Positions 11,179 through 24,292 of a stretch of DNA of 64,000 nucleotides are shown piece after piece. Every line of letters begins with the position of its first letter. Position 1 is the stretch's first letter. Origin of the DNA: Eledone cirrhosa (taxonomy: Eukaryota); contig OZ024741.1 of the NCBI GenBank assembly GCA_964016885.1, positions 140,368,001-140,432,000 of the forward strand, given 5' to 3'. A model generated the notes under the pieces. The model saw nothing but the letters and a program-made list of their open reading frames with translations, made no database searches and was not told the origin of the DNA. The translations under genes were made by a program, and so were the position numbers.

Positions 11179-11895
11179 CTCATGATGAGATCCTAAGTTC
11201 GGATTTAGAATGATCATTGTGTAACTAGAAATTTCTGATTTGCGGTTTGAAATATCTTTTGGCTTTCAAAGCACTTAGATAACATAAATGATCACATAAG
11301 TTGAACGAATTATCTTCCTTTGTTTACATTCTTCGTACATAATTTTTTTCTATCCAAATGGATTGATAATGTATATTTAACATGATTTATACTGTTTAAT
11401 AATATACGAAAAATCCTTAAAGGGAAACTATAGATGTAAATACAGAAGTAAAATCGAAATAATAATACTTTTAAGAGTAAATATAACTACTTATTAATCC
11501 TGTACTGAAATAAGAACCAATGAAATGAAATGTTTTCATAATGAAAATAGAATAATTCAGATAATAACTCTTAACATTATATAAAATACATTATACTGAT
11601 GGTGATATATGCATAGGTTGTAGTAAATATCCTTATACATATTTAATATGTATTTAAACTTGCTTCATAGATAAAAATGCTTTTGAATTTTGTAACAAAA
11701 TATTTAGTAAATATATTAATTAAACTATGCTTCTGAATTATTATAGAAAATATTTTTATATTGTTTAATTTTGATATAATACATTAGTATAATTAGCTTA
11801 AACATAACCAAATACAAAATATATTAAAATATTTCATGTTATTTAATTGGTCGCTTCTATTTGAATCAATATTTGAATGTAACGGTTACGCATCA

Positions 11896-11899
11896 TTTC

Positions 11900-11981
<82 letters not shown>

Positions 11982-12012
11982 TTTCTCTCTTTCCTTTTTG
12001 CAGTTACGTCTC

Positions 12013-12086
<74 letters not shown>
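11896..12086. repeat. (TTTC)n and (CT)n microsatellites
   Basis: Direct reading; these explain the RE/KERK ORFs. Confidence 0.97.
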
Positions 12087-12089
<3 letters not shown>

Positions 12090-12304
12090 TTTTTCTTCCA
12101 TAACAAGTATATTTCTTCTTGCATTTCCTCATTCTCACCCTCTCCGTAAACCTATATATCGCTCCATATCCTCTTCTTCATTAAATTTAAGTTTATAATA
12201 TTATTATTTGTGGTATATAAATGTTGAGATTCGTTATAATAAATCACTGCCAATACTGTAATTGAATCATCAAGACAGTTGAGGTATGTCAACACCAATT
12301 CAAG

Positions 12305-12370
12305 TATTTTATCTGATGAGGACGTACTGAAATAACAGCACAGTACCTTCGAAATATATATAATAAAACA
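12305..12370 (+). ncRNA. Type I minimal hammerhead ribozyme
   Basis: ttttat-CTGATGA-ggacgtactg..cagtaccttc-GAAA-tatata-TA-ataaaa: stems I and II pair, stem III is palindromic, cleavage triplet AUA. Confidence 0.8.
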
Positions 12371-12511
12371 TATATTTTGATAATGTGAATGTCTTCATTT
12401 ATTAATATTTTGAATAATATTAATAACTCCAGAAAACTTCACTGTAGCGTGCTTATAATCTATTGTAAAACTATATTCATTGAGTATTCAATGAACCATA
12501 TTAATCTTTGG

Positions 12512-12572
<61 letters not shown>

Positions 12573-12607
12573 CATACATGAATGCCTGACCTCTGAAGTA
12601 GATTTGA

Positions 12608-15600
12608 GTAGCTAAAAACCTGTCCCGGTAAATTTGCTATAGGTGAAAAAAAGTTGATCAAAATTGTATCTAGGGTTATTGCCCTTTGCAACAGGCCCAA
12701 CGTGTCTTCAAGTATGGTTTGTTAATTTGTTGTGGAACTAAATCGACTTCGTGAAATCGGACCGAGGAAACAAGGTTTCCACTTGTCTTTCTACCTGGTG
12801 TACCCGGTTACACTCGGGGTTATAAGGCGCTGGATTTAAACGGGTCTGCGGTAAATTCCAGCAGGATGCTTTAACCGAAATAAATGAAGAACACACGTTT
12901 CCTTTTGTGCTCCAATCTGTGATATTGGTATTTTGAAAAAATAGTCCACAAACATCCATGGAGCATGTGTAACGCATGTATCAGGTTATGAGAAAAAGGG
13001 TTTTCGATTCTCCATTCATAAGATACAAAAAAAAAATGCACACAAATAAACAGGGATTTTAAGGCACTGCCCTATTCATAGCTGAAAGGTAAGAGTCAAG
13101 TGGAATAATGTTTTGCGACATTGTCAAATGTACAACCGTACAAATGCAAAGGATATGGCCATTGAAATCTAGGTAGACCAAAGAATTTGGTGGGGTTGTA
13201 TATCAGAGGAGTGTTTTCCTTGTGATTCGCGTCTAGCCTACAAAGTGAAGTTTGATGATTGTAGTCGGTGTTGTATCAATAAAAAATAAAAGCATACGGA
13301 AGACTGAACACTTACAAATTAAATGAAAATCACGTTGATATTACTATCGAAGCAACATGTGCCGAAAAACCTGGCGGACTGTTGTGTCAATATTGAAATC
13401 GTAGAAAATGCGAATCTCGACCTCTAAGATGTAATGGATAGGCTTTGGAGGTGAAGGGGAAGAATTGGTACAATTGTTTTGCTGAACATGTTGAACATTA
13501 ATTTAAATAGACTTACGCAGCAGCATCGCGCGGTTTTGTTGTTTATGGCCTGGAATGAGGGCCGGTTAAACGCGGCAGAAAAATAAGCAATACTGATGAT
13601 GTTTAGGGGCGTCGCAGGGAATAGATGCGGCGTTGTGAGTCAATTGTGAGGACAGTGGAAGGCACACTGATCGCTTGAGAAGACGCGATGCTACACAGGA
13701 TACTTCTCAGCCATTATTGACAGAAAGGCATGTCAGGGGAAATGAAAGAGTTGCTATTCATCCTTTGCTTAGCATGGTGAACATGTAATTAAAAAGATTT
13801 ACTATGGACTATCGTACACGTTGGTATTGTGTTTAGCCTGCGAAAATCGGTGGTCAGATGGGGCAACAATAAGCCGTGCTGATGACGTTTAAGCGGGTGG
13901 CAAGTAATTGATGCGGCATAGATAGCCATGGGAGCCTTGAAGGAGGACGGCGGTCAGGCAAAAGAAAGGGCCGAGGACGGGATGGTGGCTGACAGTGCAT
14001 GGATGAGGCATCCTGAGGCATGACGATGCAGTGGGGCGACGGCCAGCAGGCAAGTAAGAGGGCAGGGGTGGTGGGTGGCAAGGATGCCGTATGGTGAGCC
14101 ATGGCAGTCTTGAAGGATCACTGGGGGCAGGCAAAAGAAAGGGCCGAGGAGGGGATGGTGGCTGACAGAGCATTGATGCGGCATGGTGATGTATGATGAT
14201 GCAGTGGGACGACGGCGTGCAGGGAACGGAGAGGGCAGTGGTTGACGGTGGCAGGGATGCGACTTGGTCCCGCAAGACCTCCATGCCTAGGCAGTGGAAA
14301 GGGTCGGGGAGTGGATGGCGGCTGGCAGGGCAGGGATGCAACATGATGAGGCATGACGAAAGGGCAGGGTGCATGGCGGCTGACAGGGCGTGGATGTGGC
14401 ATGCAAATTGAGTTGCACCTCGGGAATGTAGAGAGCACCGGGAGGCACGATGATTGTTTGAGGAAACTGGGTGCAAGGCAGGTTGTTTATCGGCCATACA
14501 TGATCGGTAAGCTTTGGAGGGGAAAGGGATGAATTTTTCTTTAATTTTGTTAAATATGGTAAATGAATGTAAAAAGACTTACACAGGATCGTCTTCATGT
14601 TCAGTGCTGTCTTTGGTCTGAGATAATGGGCGGTTATGTGCGGCGCAGGAATAAACCATGCTGATGACATATGAGCAAGTTGCTGACAGGGCAGGAATGC
14701 TGCATGGTGAGCCATGGCAGTCGTGAGGGACCAAGGCCTGCGGGAAAGGGAGGGGGGTAGGGGTTCACTGTGGCAGGGATGCGGCTTGGTTAGGCATGGC
14801 AGTCTTGAAGGAGCACGGCGGGCAGGCAAAATAAAAGGCTGAGGAGGGGATAGCGGCTGACAGATCATGGATGCGGAATGGTGAGGCATAACGATGCAGT
14901 GGGTCGACGGCGTGCAGGGAAGGGAGATGGCCGGGATTGACGGTTGCAGGGATTCCGCATGGTGAACCATGGCACTCGTGAAGGACCAAGGCGTGCGGGT
15001 AAGGAAGAGGGCAGGGGAGGGATGGTGGCTGACAGAGCATGAATTCGGCATGGTGAGGCCTGACGATGCAGTGGGACGATGGCGTGCAGGGAAGGGAGAT
15101 GGTAGGACTTGATGGTGGCAGGGATTCGGCTTGGTTAGGCATGGCAGTCTTGAAGGAGCATGGCGGGCAGGGAAAAGAAAGGGTTGGGGAGGGGATGGTG
15201 GCCGACAGGGCAGTAATGCGGCATGGTAAGGGATGACGATGCAGTGGGACGACGGCGTGCAGGGAAGGAGAGGGCAACGGGTTGACGGTGGCAGGGATGC
15301 CGCTTAGTCAGGCATGGAAGTCTTGAGCTTTCCCGGAGTGTAGGCAATGGAAATGGGCAGGGGTAGACGGTGGCAGGGATTCGGCATGTTGAGCCGTGGC
15401 AGTCCTTAGGGACAACGGAGGGCAGGAAATGGAAAGGGCTTGGGAATGAATTGCGGCTGACAAGGCAGAGATGCGCATGGTGATGCACAACGATGAAGTG
15501 TGTCGACGGCTTGCAGGGAAGGGAGAGGGCAGGGGTTGACGGATGTCATTATGCCACGGTAATGGGACCACGGGAATGAAGAGAACGCATGTAGGCTCGA

Positions 15601-16110
15601 TGATCGCTTGAGAAGACTTGGCGCAATACAGGATGATGTGCCGCGGTATAGTCTTGATAGTCCTTATATAAGAAATGGAAGAAACGGCATAAAAGGTTTG
15701 CTGAATATGGTGAGCGTTAATTTAAAGAGACATACGGTGGATAATCCTGATAGATTGAACGTCTTTTGCATGGCGGGAGTCGCGACAAATGGAAGTTTTC
15801 GGTTGCTGGATTTTTTCCTCTGGGGGTCCGAATATCGATTATCCGAATATGTAATGTAGCCCATGTTCATCCCCGGATCAAAATACACACTTGCGTCGAG
15901 TTTCATCGAAATCGGACGAATGTTAAAAATATACTTTTTGGCGTCTGATTACCGATTTTCTTAAAATTTCAAGAAGTCTATTCCAATCTACGGGGTGAGT
16001 TTTATATTTGTGTCAAGTTTCATGAATATCGGATGAATAGTGTGGCCTGCAAGCTCGGGACACTAAACAAACAAACAAACAAACAACGCCTAACCACTTT
16101 ATATATAATA
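12608..16110 (-). mobile_element. Non-autonomous Helitron/Helentron-like element carrying a GC-rich tandem array
   Basis: Minus-strand 5' end TATATATAAAAGTGG..(GTTT)n at about 16065-16110 resembles the other Helitron 5' ends in this window; a degenerate 3' end (..ttttagCTAC-T) lies near 12608. Boundaries are inferred. Confidence 0.5.
13900..15545. repeat. GC-rich diverged tandem repeat, ~172-bp unit with ~85-bp sub-periodicity, in two blocks
   Basis: GAYGATGCAGTGGG-like motif recurs at about 14022, 14195, 14890, 15062 and 15235; the array is interrupted by an AT-rich spacer at about 14400-14680. Confidence 0.85.
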
Positions 16111-16164
16111 TATATATATATTTATATATATATATATATATCTTGATTAGTATGTTTAATAATA

Positions 16165-16340
16165 ATAATTATTTCTACATTAGGCCAGCAATTACCCAGT
16201 GTACTACTGGTACTTTATTTTATCGACCCCGTAAGGATGAAAGGCAAAGTTAACCTCGGCGAGATTTGAACTCAGAATGGCAAGGGCCGTAACTCTATGC
16301 GTCAAACATGGCGTCCGAACCTCTACCGATACTGCCAATA
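16165..16340 (-). mobile_element. tRNA-derived SINE (family A)
   Basis: Homologous to 55119-55310; B-box GTTCAAATC on the minus strand. Confidence 0.9.
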
Positions 16341-16455
16341 ATGATTGAAATTACTTGCTGTATGTTCCTTTGTATTCTGACTCTTTTCTTTATATCTCAT
16401 GGAGATACGCTTGTATATACAAACACGCTAAGATACACACACACGCATATATCTA

Positions 16456-16568
<113 letters not shown>

Positions 16569-16654
16569 ACATACACACACACATGTATATATATAAATAT
16601 ATGTATATATATATACAGATGTATACATATATATATATGTGTGTGTGTGTGTCA

Positions 16655-16945
16655 AGACGTTCTAGAGTCCTACTGGTAACATGTAGCCCAGTACAACTTG
16701 TCTCTTGATCGGTTCGTCGGTGACTAATCCGGCAACTCCACCAAGCTTGCTTGGTGAGGAGGGTGATATTTAAACACACCTGCAGGATGAAATACAAGAT
16801 CCGGCAAAGGGTGGAGTAACTCAGCAGAGTCAACAGCCACCCAAATAGTTATTTTATTTTCTCACCTGGGAGTAAAAGCCCCTCAGTTGTTGTCACAACA
16901 CCTATCTAAGAGAGGGAAACTAAAAAAAAACCTGCTGGACCGATG
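16655..16945 (+). mobile_element. RTE-clade LINE 5' UTR-like fragment
   Basis: ctaagagagggaaact..aaacctg resembles the CTAGGAGAAGGAAAACTCTGA motif of RTE leaders; begins right after a (TG)n tract. Confidence 0.4.
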
Positions 16946-17165
16946 ATGCTGATAAGTTGTCCTTTTTGGATAATGTTTTCGATGCTCACAGAGTGTGATT
17001 GGTCGAGTACAAGACTTTCCCCACTTAAAACACTTCAAAGCACAGGCATTGCTTGTTCAGTTTAGGTTACAGGTTCATGTGGCTGGCCATATCTTAAAAG
17101 TGCATCAAACTCAATAATCTGACAAGTAATTGCAGTACTCTTAGCAGTGTTTTCAGCCATCATAT

Positions 17166-17735
<570 letters not shown>

Positions 17736-18276
17736 CACACACGCATTCACACACAACTATATTTGCGCACCTCTACAAAATACATATACTCACAATTCAC
17801 ATATTCATACTTACATATATATACACATGCATACACATATATATACACACATGTATTCATGTACATACATACGCGCTCATGTGTATACATTTTCATACTC
17901 AACTTATCTTTATATACACACGTATAGACACACACATATATACATACATACTCTATATATATATATATATATATATAATCAAAGGGATATTTAATCTGTT
18001 GGTAATTCAACAAATATATATATTTATAACAGATACGAAGCATCTTCAACATGTTCACACATATTTCGACGTAGATAATACATATATAATTGAAATTCTC
18101 ACACTTGAAAACATGTAATATATAATACCTTATAATCTCGCACAAAATAATATATAATTTTTTCTACATACTTTCCGCATTTTCTAAGAAAATTATTCAG
18201 CAAATCTAATATTAATAGTTTAACAAATAATATTGGAGTTATCTTTTCCTTTACAATTGAGCAAACATAGACATAA

Positions 18277-18630
18277 CTAGCTGATGTACCCAGCTTCGCC
18301 CGGGTAAAAAGATGATAAGAGAAGACAGGTAAAAAAGAAAATGACTGTATTGGATGTTTGTCTGGTTACAATATGAGGCGAGTACGTGGTGTCTGTGTGA
18401 TATAAAAAACAGTAAAAATAAATCTTCCAGATATACCAGATTCTTCGTTGTACCGTTTGTGCATAGAATATGAACAATTCTAGGTTCTCCCACCTAGAAT
18501 AGTGACCTCTAGGAGATGGTTCATCTCCTGCCTGACTGTAAAACGTGTATCATTGCCTAGACGTGGTTGTTCCACTTTTCTCAAAAGGATAATGGAAGTT
18601 CCAATCTTTTATATTATATGTAGATATAGA
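18277..18630 (-). mobile_element. Short non-autonomous Helitron
   Basis: 5' A|TCTATATC..ATATAAAA; 3' hairpin tacccgggcgaagctgggta followed by CTAG|T. Confidence 0.8.
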
Positions 18631-19467
18631 TAAATAATATAAAAGATGTCCGTCAATGTAAAAAAAGGTCCCTATTTACTCCCTTCACAACTCTGTGTAT
18701 GTTAGACTGACAGACAGGCACACAGACAGATAAACTGCGTGGCGATTGTGGGATGCCGCACGTACACACACGCACGTAATACAAACGCACCCGTGCACTT
18801 ACACACACGCACACAGTCACTTATGTTGATAGTTTTTACTTTCTGTGGAACGCTGCACGCACGCACACACCCATAAACGTACATACACACGCACGTACAT
18901 ACCCACGCACATATGTTAATAGTTATTGCTTTCCTTACCCTCTTATTTCCACACACGTCACACACACACATGTCTCTACACTGACACATATACATAGTGT
19001 ATCCAAACAGCATTCACTTTGCCTCTCTCTCCCCTCTCACTCCCTCATTGGCATTATGCATATTAATGTATGCTTGGCGTTGTTGAAGTGGGCGGACGTT
19101 TGAAACCTATGAACCAATGATAATCGAGAATTATGACACGCGGAATACTGACATTGTTGAAATTAATATATAGATAATTTGTATGATAAATTATATGTAA
19201 TTTCGCTAAATTAATAATGTTCTGTAAATATTTTCAATGTTTAGATGAAAATATTGGAATCTACAAATTGTTCTCTTATAATTTGAACTACGTCTTTTTC
19301 TTAAATATATATTTAAAAGGTAAAATCAACATCCATCGCAATTCATATTAGAAATTCAAACAAATTAATACGTGTGTTTTATATGTATATAATCACCAAT
19401 AATATTTATATTTATACACTTATTAATTTATATAGATATTTATATACTTACAACCTGTTGTAATATA

Positions 19468-19562
19468 ATTGTTTCTACTTTTGGCACAAGGCCAGCAATT
19501 AACCAATGCATTACTGGTACTTTATTCTATCGACCCCGGAAGGATGAAAGGCAAAGTTAACC
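19468..19562 (-). mobile_element. SINE family A, 5'-truncated
   Basis: Core and tail only; flanked by direct repeat aacctgttgtaatataat (19452 and 19559). Confidence 0.88.
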
Positions 19563-19991
19563 TGTTGTAATATAATAAGATAAAATGTTCTTACAACCAT
19601 AATTCTTCATATAATCTAAATGATTATATAAATAATATTATAATTCATAATGTAGCTAAATATTTTTTAAATTCTGGCATCATATTCCACCATTCCAACA
19701 AACGTTTAATTCTTAACGTTTCATTCTTTATAGTAATATAAATACAAGCTTTTCTTTCTTTCTTCTTCCTATACATACATATACAGGTCCTAATAATTAT
19801 TTCAATCTACCTAGCGTCTAAAAATAATGTTTCGTCAGCCCTACACCTTAACCTCATTTGCATATTCATCTTAATAATTTGAAATATTTGTTTTTTTCAT
19901 CTCTACCCCCTTTTCCTTTTACTATCCAGGTAAAACTTGAATCGTTAAGGTCTCATTCCTGGATATGTCAATATTTATAAAACAAACTTTG

Positions 19992-20052
19992 TATTTTATC
20001 TGATGAGGGCGTACCAAAGTGTTGGTACCCTTGAAATATATATAATAGAATA
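19992..20052 (+). ncRNA. Type I minimal hammerhead ribozyme
   Basis: tattttat-CTGATGA-gggcgtacca..tggtaccctt-GAAA-tatata-TA-atagaata; same family as 12305 and 20897. Confidence 0.8.
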
Positions 20053-20176
20053 AATATGGTTTTATAAAGATAGTTTTCCATTTATTAATATCAGTGATAT
20101 ATATATATATATATATACATAAAATAATTAAGTCAAATATGTAAAATATGGCTTCGTTTATTATAAATTAAAAATT

Positions 20177-20233
20177 ACTGCTATATATATTTCGGTGACA
20201 GCCATCATGGCTGTGTCATCTTCATGAGGCAGT
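20177..20233 (-). ncRNA. Hammerhead ribozyme with mutated core (CTCATGA)
   Basis: actgc-CTCATGA-A-gatgacacagccat-g-atggctgtcacc-GAAA-tatata-TA-gcagt; lies in an inverted repeat with arms at about 20139-20183 and 20358-20402. Confidence 0.65.
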
Positions 20234-20526
20234 CCGAATTGGTGTGGAAAAGACAGGTACAGATGTTGTTGAAGTATGTTTTTCTCCGTCAATACATCGA
20301 TATGTCCAATTCCTGGTTGTGTTGGTATTCCTCAGAGGAACTAGAAACATATGATTCCAGCAGTAATTTTTAATTTATAATAAACGAAGCCGTATTTTAC
20401 ATTACTCCGGAGTAAACAAACCAGCCGGCATACATCTGCATACTGAGGTATCGGTAAGCAACCAACATATACTCAAAATATATATATATACACAAATTAA
20501 ATATAACTCAAAATATATATATATAC

Positions 20527-20586
20527 ACAAATTAAATATAACCTCTGCGTATATATATATATACGCAGAGGTTATATTTAATTTGT
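20527..20586. repeat. 60-bp perfect palindrome centred on (TA)n
   Basis: acaaattaaatataacctctgcg-(TA)n-cgcagaggttatatttaatttgt. Confidence 0.9.
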
Positions 20587-20697
20587 TGGGATTCACAAGC
20601 TTAAAAATTGTTATAACTGATATAAAGTGCTCAACAGTTTACTGGAGTAAATATTCAATATATTAATAAATGGAAACTATATTTATAAAACCATAAT

Positions 20698-20764
20698 TGT
20701 TTTATTATATATATTTCACGGGCAACCAAGGCAAATTTTGGTGCGCTTACATCAGATAAAATAC
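20698..20764 (-). ncRNA. Hammerhead ribozyme with mutated core (CTGATGT)
   Basis: Mirror copy of 20897-20962 with A9 changed to T. Confidence 0.65.
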
Positions 20765-20896
20765 AAATTTGTTTTATAAATAAATATTGACATACCCGCA
20801 TAAAGACAACCTTAAGGGTTGTGGTTCGCTATGAGCCTCAACCGTTAAGATTGTCTTTATGCGGGTATGTCAATATTTATTTATAAAACAAATTTG

Positions 20897-20962
20897 TATT
20901 TTATCTGATGAAAGCGCACCAAAATATTCCGTGGTTGCCCTTGAAATATATATAATAAAATA
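20897..20962 (+). ncRNA. Type I minimal hammerhead ribozyme
   Basis: tattttat-CTGATGA-aagcgcacca..tggttgccctt-GAAA-tatata-TA-ataaaata; 8-bp stem I. Confidence 0.78.
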
Positions 20963-21000
20963 ATTATGGTTTTATAAATATAGTTTCCATTTATTAATAT

Positions 21001-21058
<58 letters not shown>

Positions 21059-21089
21059 ACATATTAAACATGTTAGAATTAGAATTATA

Positions 21090-22796
21090 CTAGCAGATTT
21101 ACTCGGCGTTGCTCGTGGTTTGAAATTATGCTAAGAATATACAGCTAGGAAGTAAAAGAAGAACATTATTTGTCCACAACCTGTCAAAATAAGCAGAAGT
21201 CTTCAATAATTAATGCAAACGAATATTTAGTACAATCTTTGTACACATAAAACTATGTTGATAATGAAGGAAAACACTGAAAAGGATGGAGGTACACAAA
21301 TGATTAAAGACAACACACGTTGCAGATCTGAAAAAAAAAAAAACAGGCAGTTTTTCTAAGGTACAAAAAGTTCTAATAAAAGCAGAGTTGTATACAATCA
21401 AAAAAAATATAATGAGAGTAGAATAAGAGAAAATCTATTATTTTGATGTGTATGGTTACATTTTGAACTTATAATCCAAAATATCCTGCATGACATATTC
21501 ATTGATATGTTTTGTAATGAGTAAGGTGAAGTCAAGGCAAAGCTGTAATAAGTTTTTTTGTTAACACTAAAGCACTTCAGGATAGACGATATTCTTTGTT
21601 TTTCATTTCGGAACAAACTCAAAGAGATTATCTCGACTGCCAACTCGTGAGCAGGCAACGTAGAATTGTCCGTGTGAAAAGCAAGGTTCATCCAAGTGAA
21701 TTCCAGTGACGGACAGAGTTTGACCTTGCTACTTGTTTATGGACATCGCAAAGGCAACACAAAGGGGAAATTGGGTTCGGCGAAAGGAGAAGGGAGTATC
21801 CACGCCTGATGTAGTCAGGCTAATTTTTGTTATTATCACATCCTCGCCTTTTCCACATCCGGATAGAATGGTAGCGTCAATACTAAGTGGAGATAGTTTT
21901 TTAACCACAAGGTGTGTACCATTTCATTGCATAGTTTTGGAGGAGTGATATTTCTCAGCAAAATAACTGGCGTTCCCTCTTTCAGAACAAATGTATTAGG
22001 AGGTAAACCAGGAGGATTTAAAGAATTTAGAAATTCAACTGGATAGTTGACCGCATCCTGTGGATCACATACAGAATCAATAGATTTATATATCCGTGGA
22101 TATCCAGGAAGAATCCTGATCAGTATGTTCCTTCATTGTCAAAATAGTTTGATGTGTACGAATACTGCTGGAAGCATAGATAATGCTTGCCTTAAATGTG
22201 GACGAAATTACTTTAAAAATGTAAAAGATGTAGGTCCCAATGTTTTGAATGGAAAGTCCCAAAAAGATTGTTCTAAAAATAAACAAACCATCATCAAAAT
22301 CTCGTCAATTCGAGACTGCTGCGCGATTAGGCACTTAACGCGAAAATTAACACTTAATATAGTGAAACAAGTTAAAACAACAAGTCTTTTTTTAACTTTG
22401 AAAGTGCAAAAAAGAATAAACAAGAAACAAATGATAATATTAGTGATTTATCTTGAAATGAATCTGATGTTTATATTTCTGAAATTTCGTCCGACGATGA
22501 TTGTTGTTTTAAAATTGAAAACGAAGGTCTCCATATCTCACTCTCTTTATAAGGATTGTCAATAAACTTGGTTATCTCGCTTACACCAATTTTGCTACCG
22601 ATAATTTTGATATCGATTTTTTATTGCTCAATGTGGGTCGATTGGAAAAATGTATGGGATGTGACCATCTTAGCGACCAGTGCAACGTGCACAGAAAAGT
22701 TGGTCAAATTCGGTTGGTAATTGTAAAAGCCTTAGGTATCCAAATTTGTACACAGACACGCACACATCCTCGCTTTTATATATATATATATAAAGA
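21090..22796 (-). mobile_element. Helitron internal-deletion derivative with both termini
   Basis: 5' A|TCTTTATATATA..AAAAGCGAGG at 22796; 3' cacgagcaacgccgagt..gCTAG|T at 21090; contains a helicase fragment. Confidence 0.88.
21615..22090 (-). pseudogene. Pif1-family (Helitron RepHel) helicase C-terminal fragment
   Basis: Manual translation: YPVEFLNSLNPPGLPP..CNGT..RRTQFPLCVAFAMSINK*QGQTL..CFSHGQFYVACSRV. Not reported by the ORF track. Confidence 0.9.
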
Positions 22797-22884
22797 TGTA
22801 CCACCTCAATAAAATACCTAATTAGACATTATCCACAGCAATAATGAGTCAAATCTAGAAAATATATGTATATATATAGAGAGA

Positions 22885-23040
22885 ATATATATAGAGAGAA
22901 ATAACAATATATCCAGAGAAAACAGTATATTGTATATATATATACTAAATACATATTACAGAGAGCAATATGTATTTAGTATATATACAATACTAGACTG
23001 TTTTCTCTGGATATATGGTAATTTCTCTCTATATATATAT
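22885..23040. repeat. Imperfect inverted repeat (~70-bp arms)
   Basis: agagagaaat..atatccagagaaaacagt..tactaaatacatatt pairs with aatatgtatttagta..actgttttctctggatat..atttctctct. Confidence 0.8.
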
Positions 23041-23051
23041 ACATATATAAT

Positions 23052-23240
23052 ATTTGTTTCTACTTTAGGCACAAGGCCAGCAATTACCCAGTGCATTACT
23101 GGTACTTTATTTTATCGACCCCGTAAGGATGAAAGGCAAAGTCAACCTCGGCGGGATTTGAACTCAGATCGTAAAGGGACGTAACTATGCTGGAAAGCAT
23201 GGCGTCCGACCCTCTACCGATATTGCCAACCCACCGCCCT
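23052..23240 (-). mobile_element. SINE family A, full-length
   Basis: A/B boxes on the minus strand; flanking duplication atatacatatataata. Confidence 0.93.
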
Positions 23241-23257
23241 ATATACATATATAATAA

Positions 23258-23790
23258 TGGAAGTATTGTGTACAGTGCTCAGGTGCACTACAACTTATCA
23301 AAGGTGCATGCAGAGTACATAGAATAATGTACAAATGTCAGGAAAGTGAACAATGTATGAGTCATGATATACATGTGTGCGTGTGTATGTCGGGAGGATA
23401 TCAGCTGTAGTGTTGGCGAATTTCAGGAAGCATGGAGGTTTTAAAGGACGCAGTTAATTTGTTCCATACTTAACTTATGCAGTTAGTTTGTTCCATACTT
23501 CAGTAACTCTGGGCATGAAAAATATATCTGAAGTTCATGGGAGCTGTGCTGTTTTCAGACTTTGCAGGTATGCCCACAAGTGTTAGACACATGGAATTCA
23601 AAAAGGTGCTCAGGGTTGTTGTTGGCAAGATGGTTATGATTTTGATGGGTAACAAGTCAGTTGCCAGACGTCGCCGTTTCAAAGTATCCATGCCCAAGGA
23701 GGCAAGGTTTTCAGAGATACCCGATAGAGGGTATTCGTTTGGTTGCACGTCTCTGAACAGTTTCCAGGAGGTCAATGTTCTGCTTGAAGA
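23258..23790 (-). mobile_element. CR1-group LINE 3' fragment
   Basis: LASLGMDTLKRRRLATDL and, in another frame, FMPRVTEVWNKL match the CR1 ORF2 C-terminal motifs (L.L.TL..RR...DL; FF..RV...WN.L). Confidence 0.8.
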
Positions 23791-23841
23791 TATATATATA
23801 TATATATATCATATATTTTCACTAGCTCTGACAGTTGGCAG

Positions 23842-23908
23842 GTAGACAGTATACTGTACTGATGAAGGGTAATCACCCAGAAATATCAGTGTGTGCAGGT
23901 CTGTTTAC
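23842..23908 (+). ncRNA. Decayed hammerhead ribozyme
   Basis: ctgta-CTGATGA-A-gggt-aatc-accc-A-GAAA-tatcagtg-TG-tgcag; the triplet is GUG (non-cleavable); distal stem I gtagacag/ctgtttac. Confidence 0.55.
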
Positions 23909-24028
23909 ATGACAACACATGAGCAAGAATGACGGGGTCTTTATACTGATATGGTTTAAAAAAGGGCTGTTAGCATAATTGCAAACGAATCGAATATTAT
24001 TATTAATATTCGAAAAGATCAGATTGTA

Positions 24029-24094
<66 letters not shown>

Positions 24095-24244
24095 TATATA
24101 TATATGTGTGTGTGTGTGTGTAAGCATAATGATGTATTCGAATATATGTATATAAATATATTGCAGCAACGAACGATGTGCCAAGATCTCTTCTTCTCTA
24201 TCTCTTTCTTCCTTCTGTATATATATATATATATAAACAATTCT

Positions 24245-24292
<48 letters not shown>

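Larger units (their letters stand above)
20656..21004. repeat. Fold-back element (~165-bp arms) with one hammerhead per arm
   Basis: Arms are near-identical reverse complements with a ~20-bp spacer at about 20821-20838. Confidence 0.92.

Noticed and set aside
13854-15571. Overlapping Pro/His/Cys-rich ORFs up to 254 aa
   Set aside because: Translations of the C-rich strand of a tandem repeat; open in several frames, with no domain motifs.
22047-22565. 172-aa plus-strand ORF
   Set aside because: Antisense to the Helitron coding strand; no motif.
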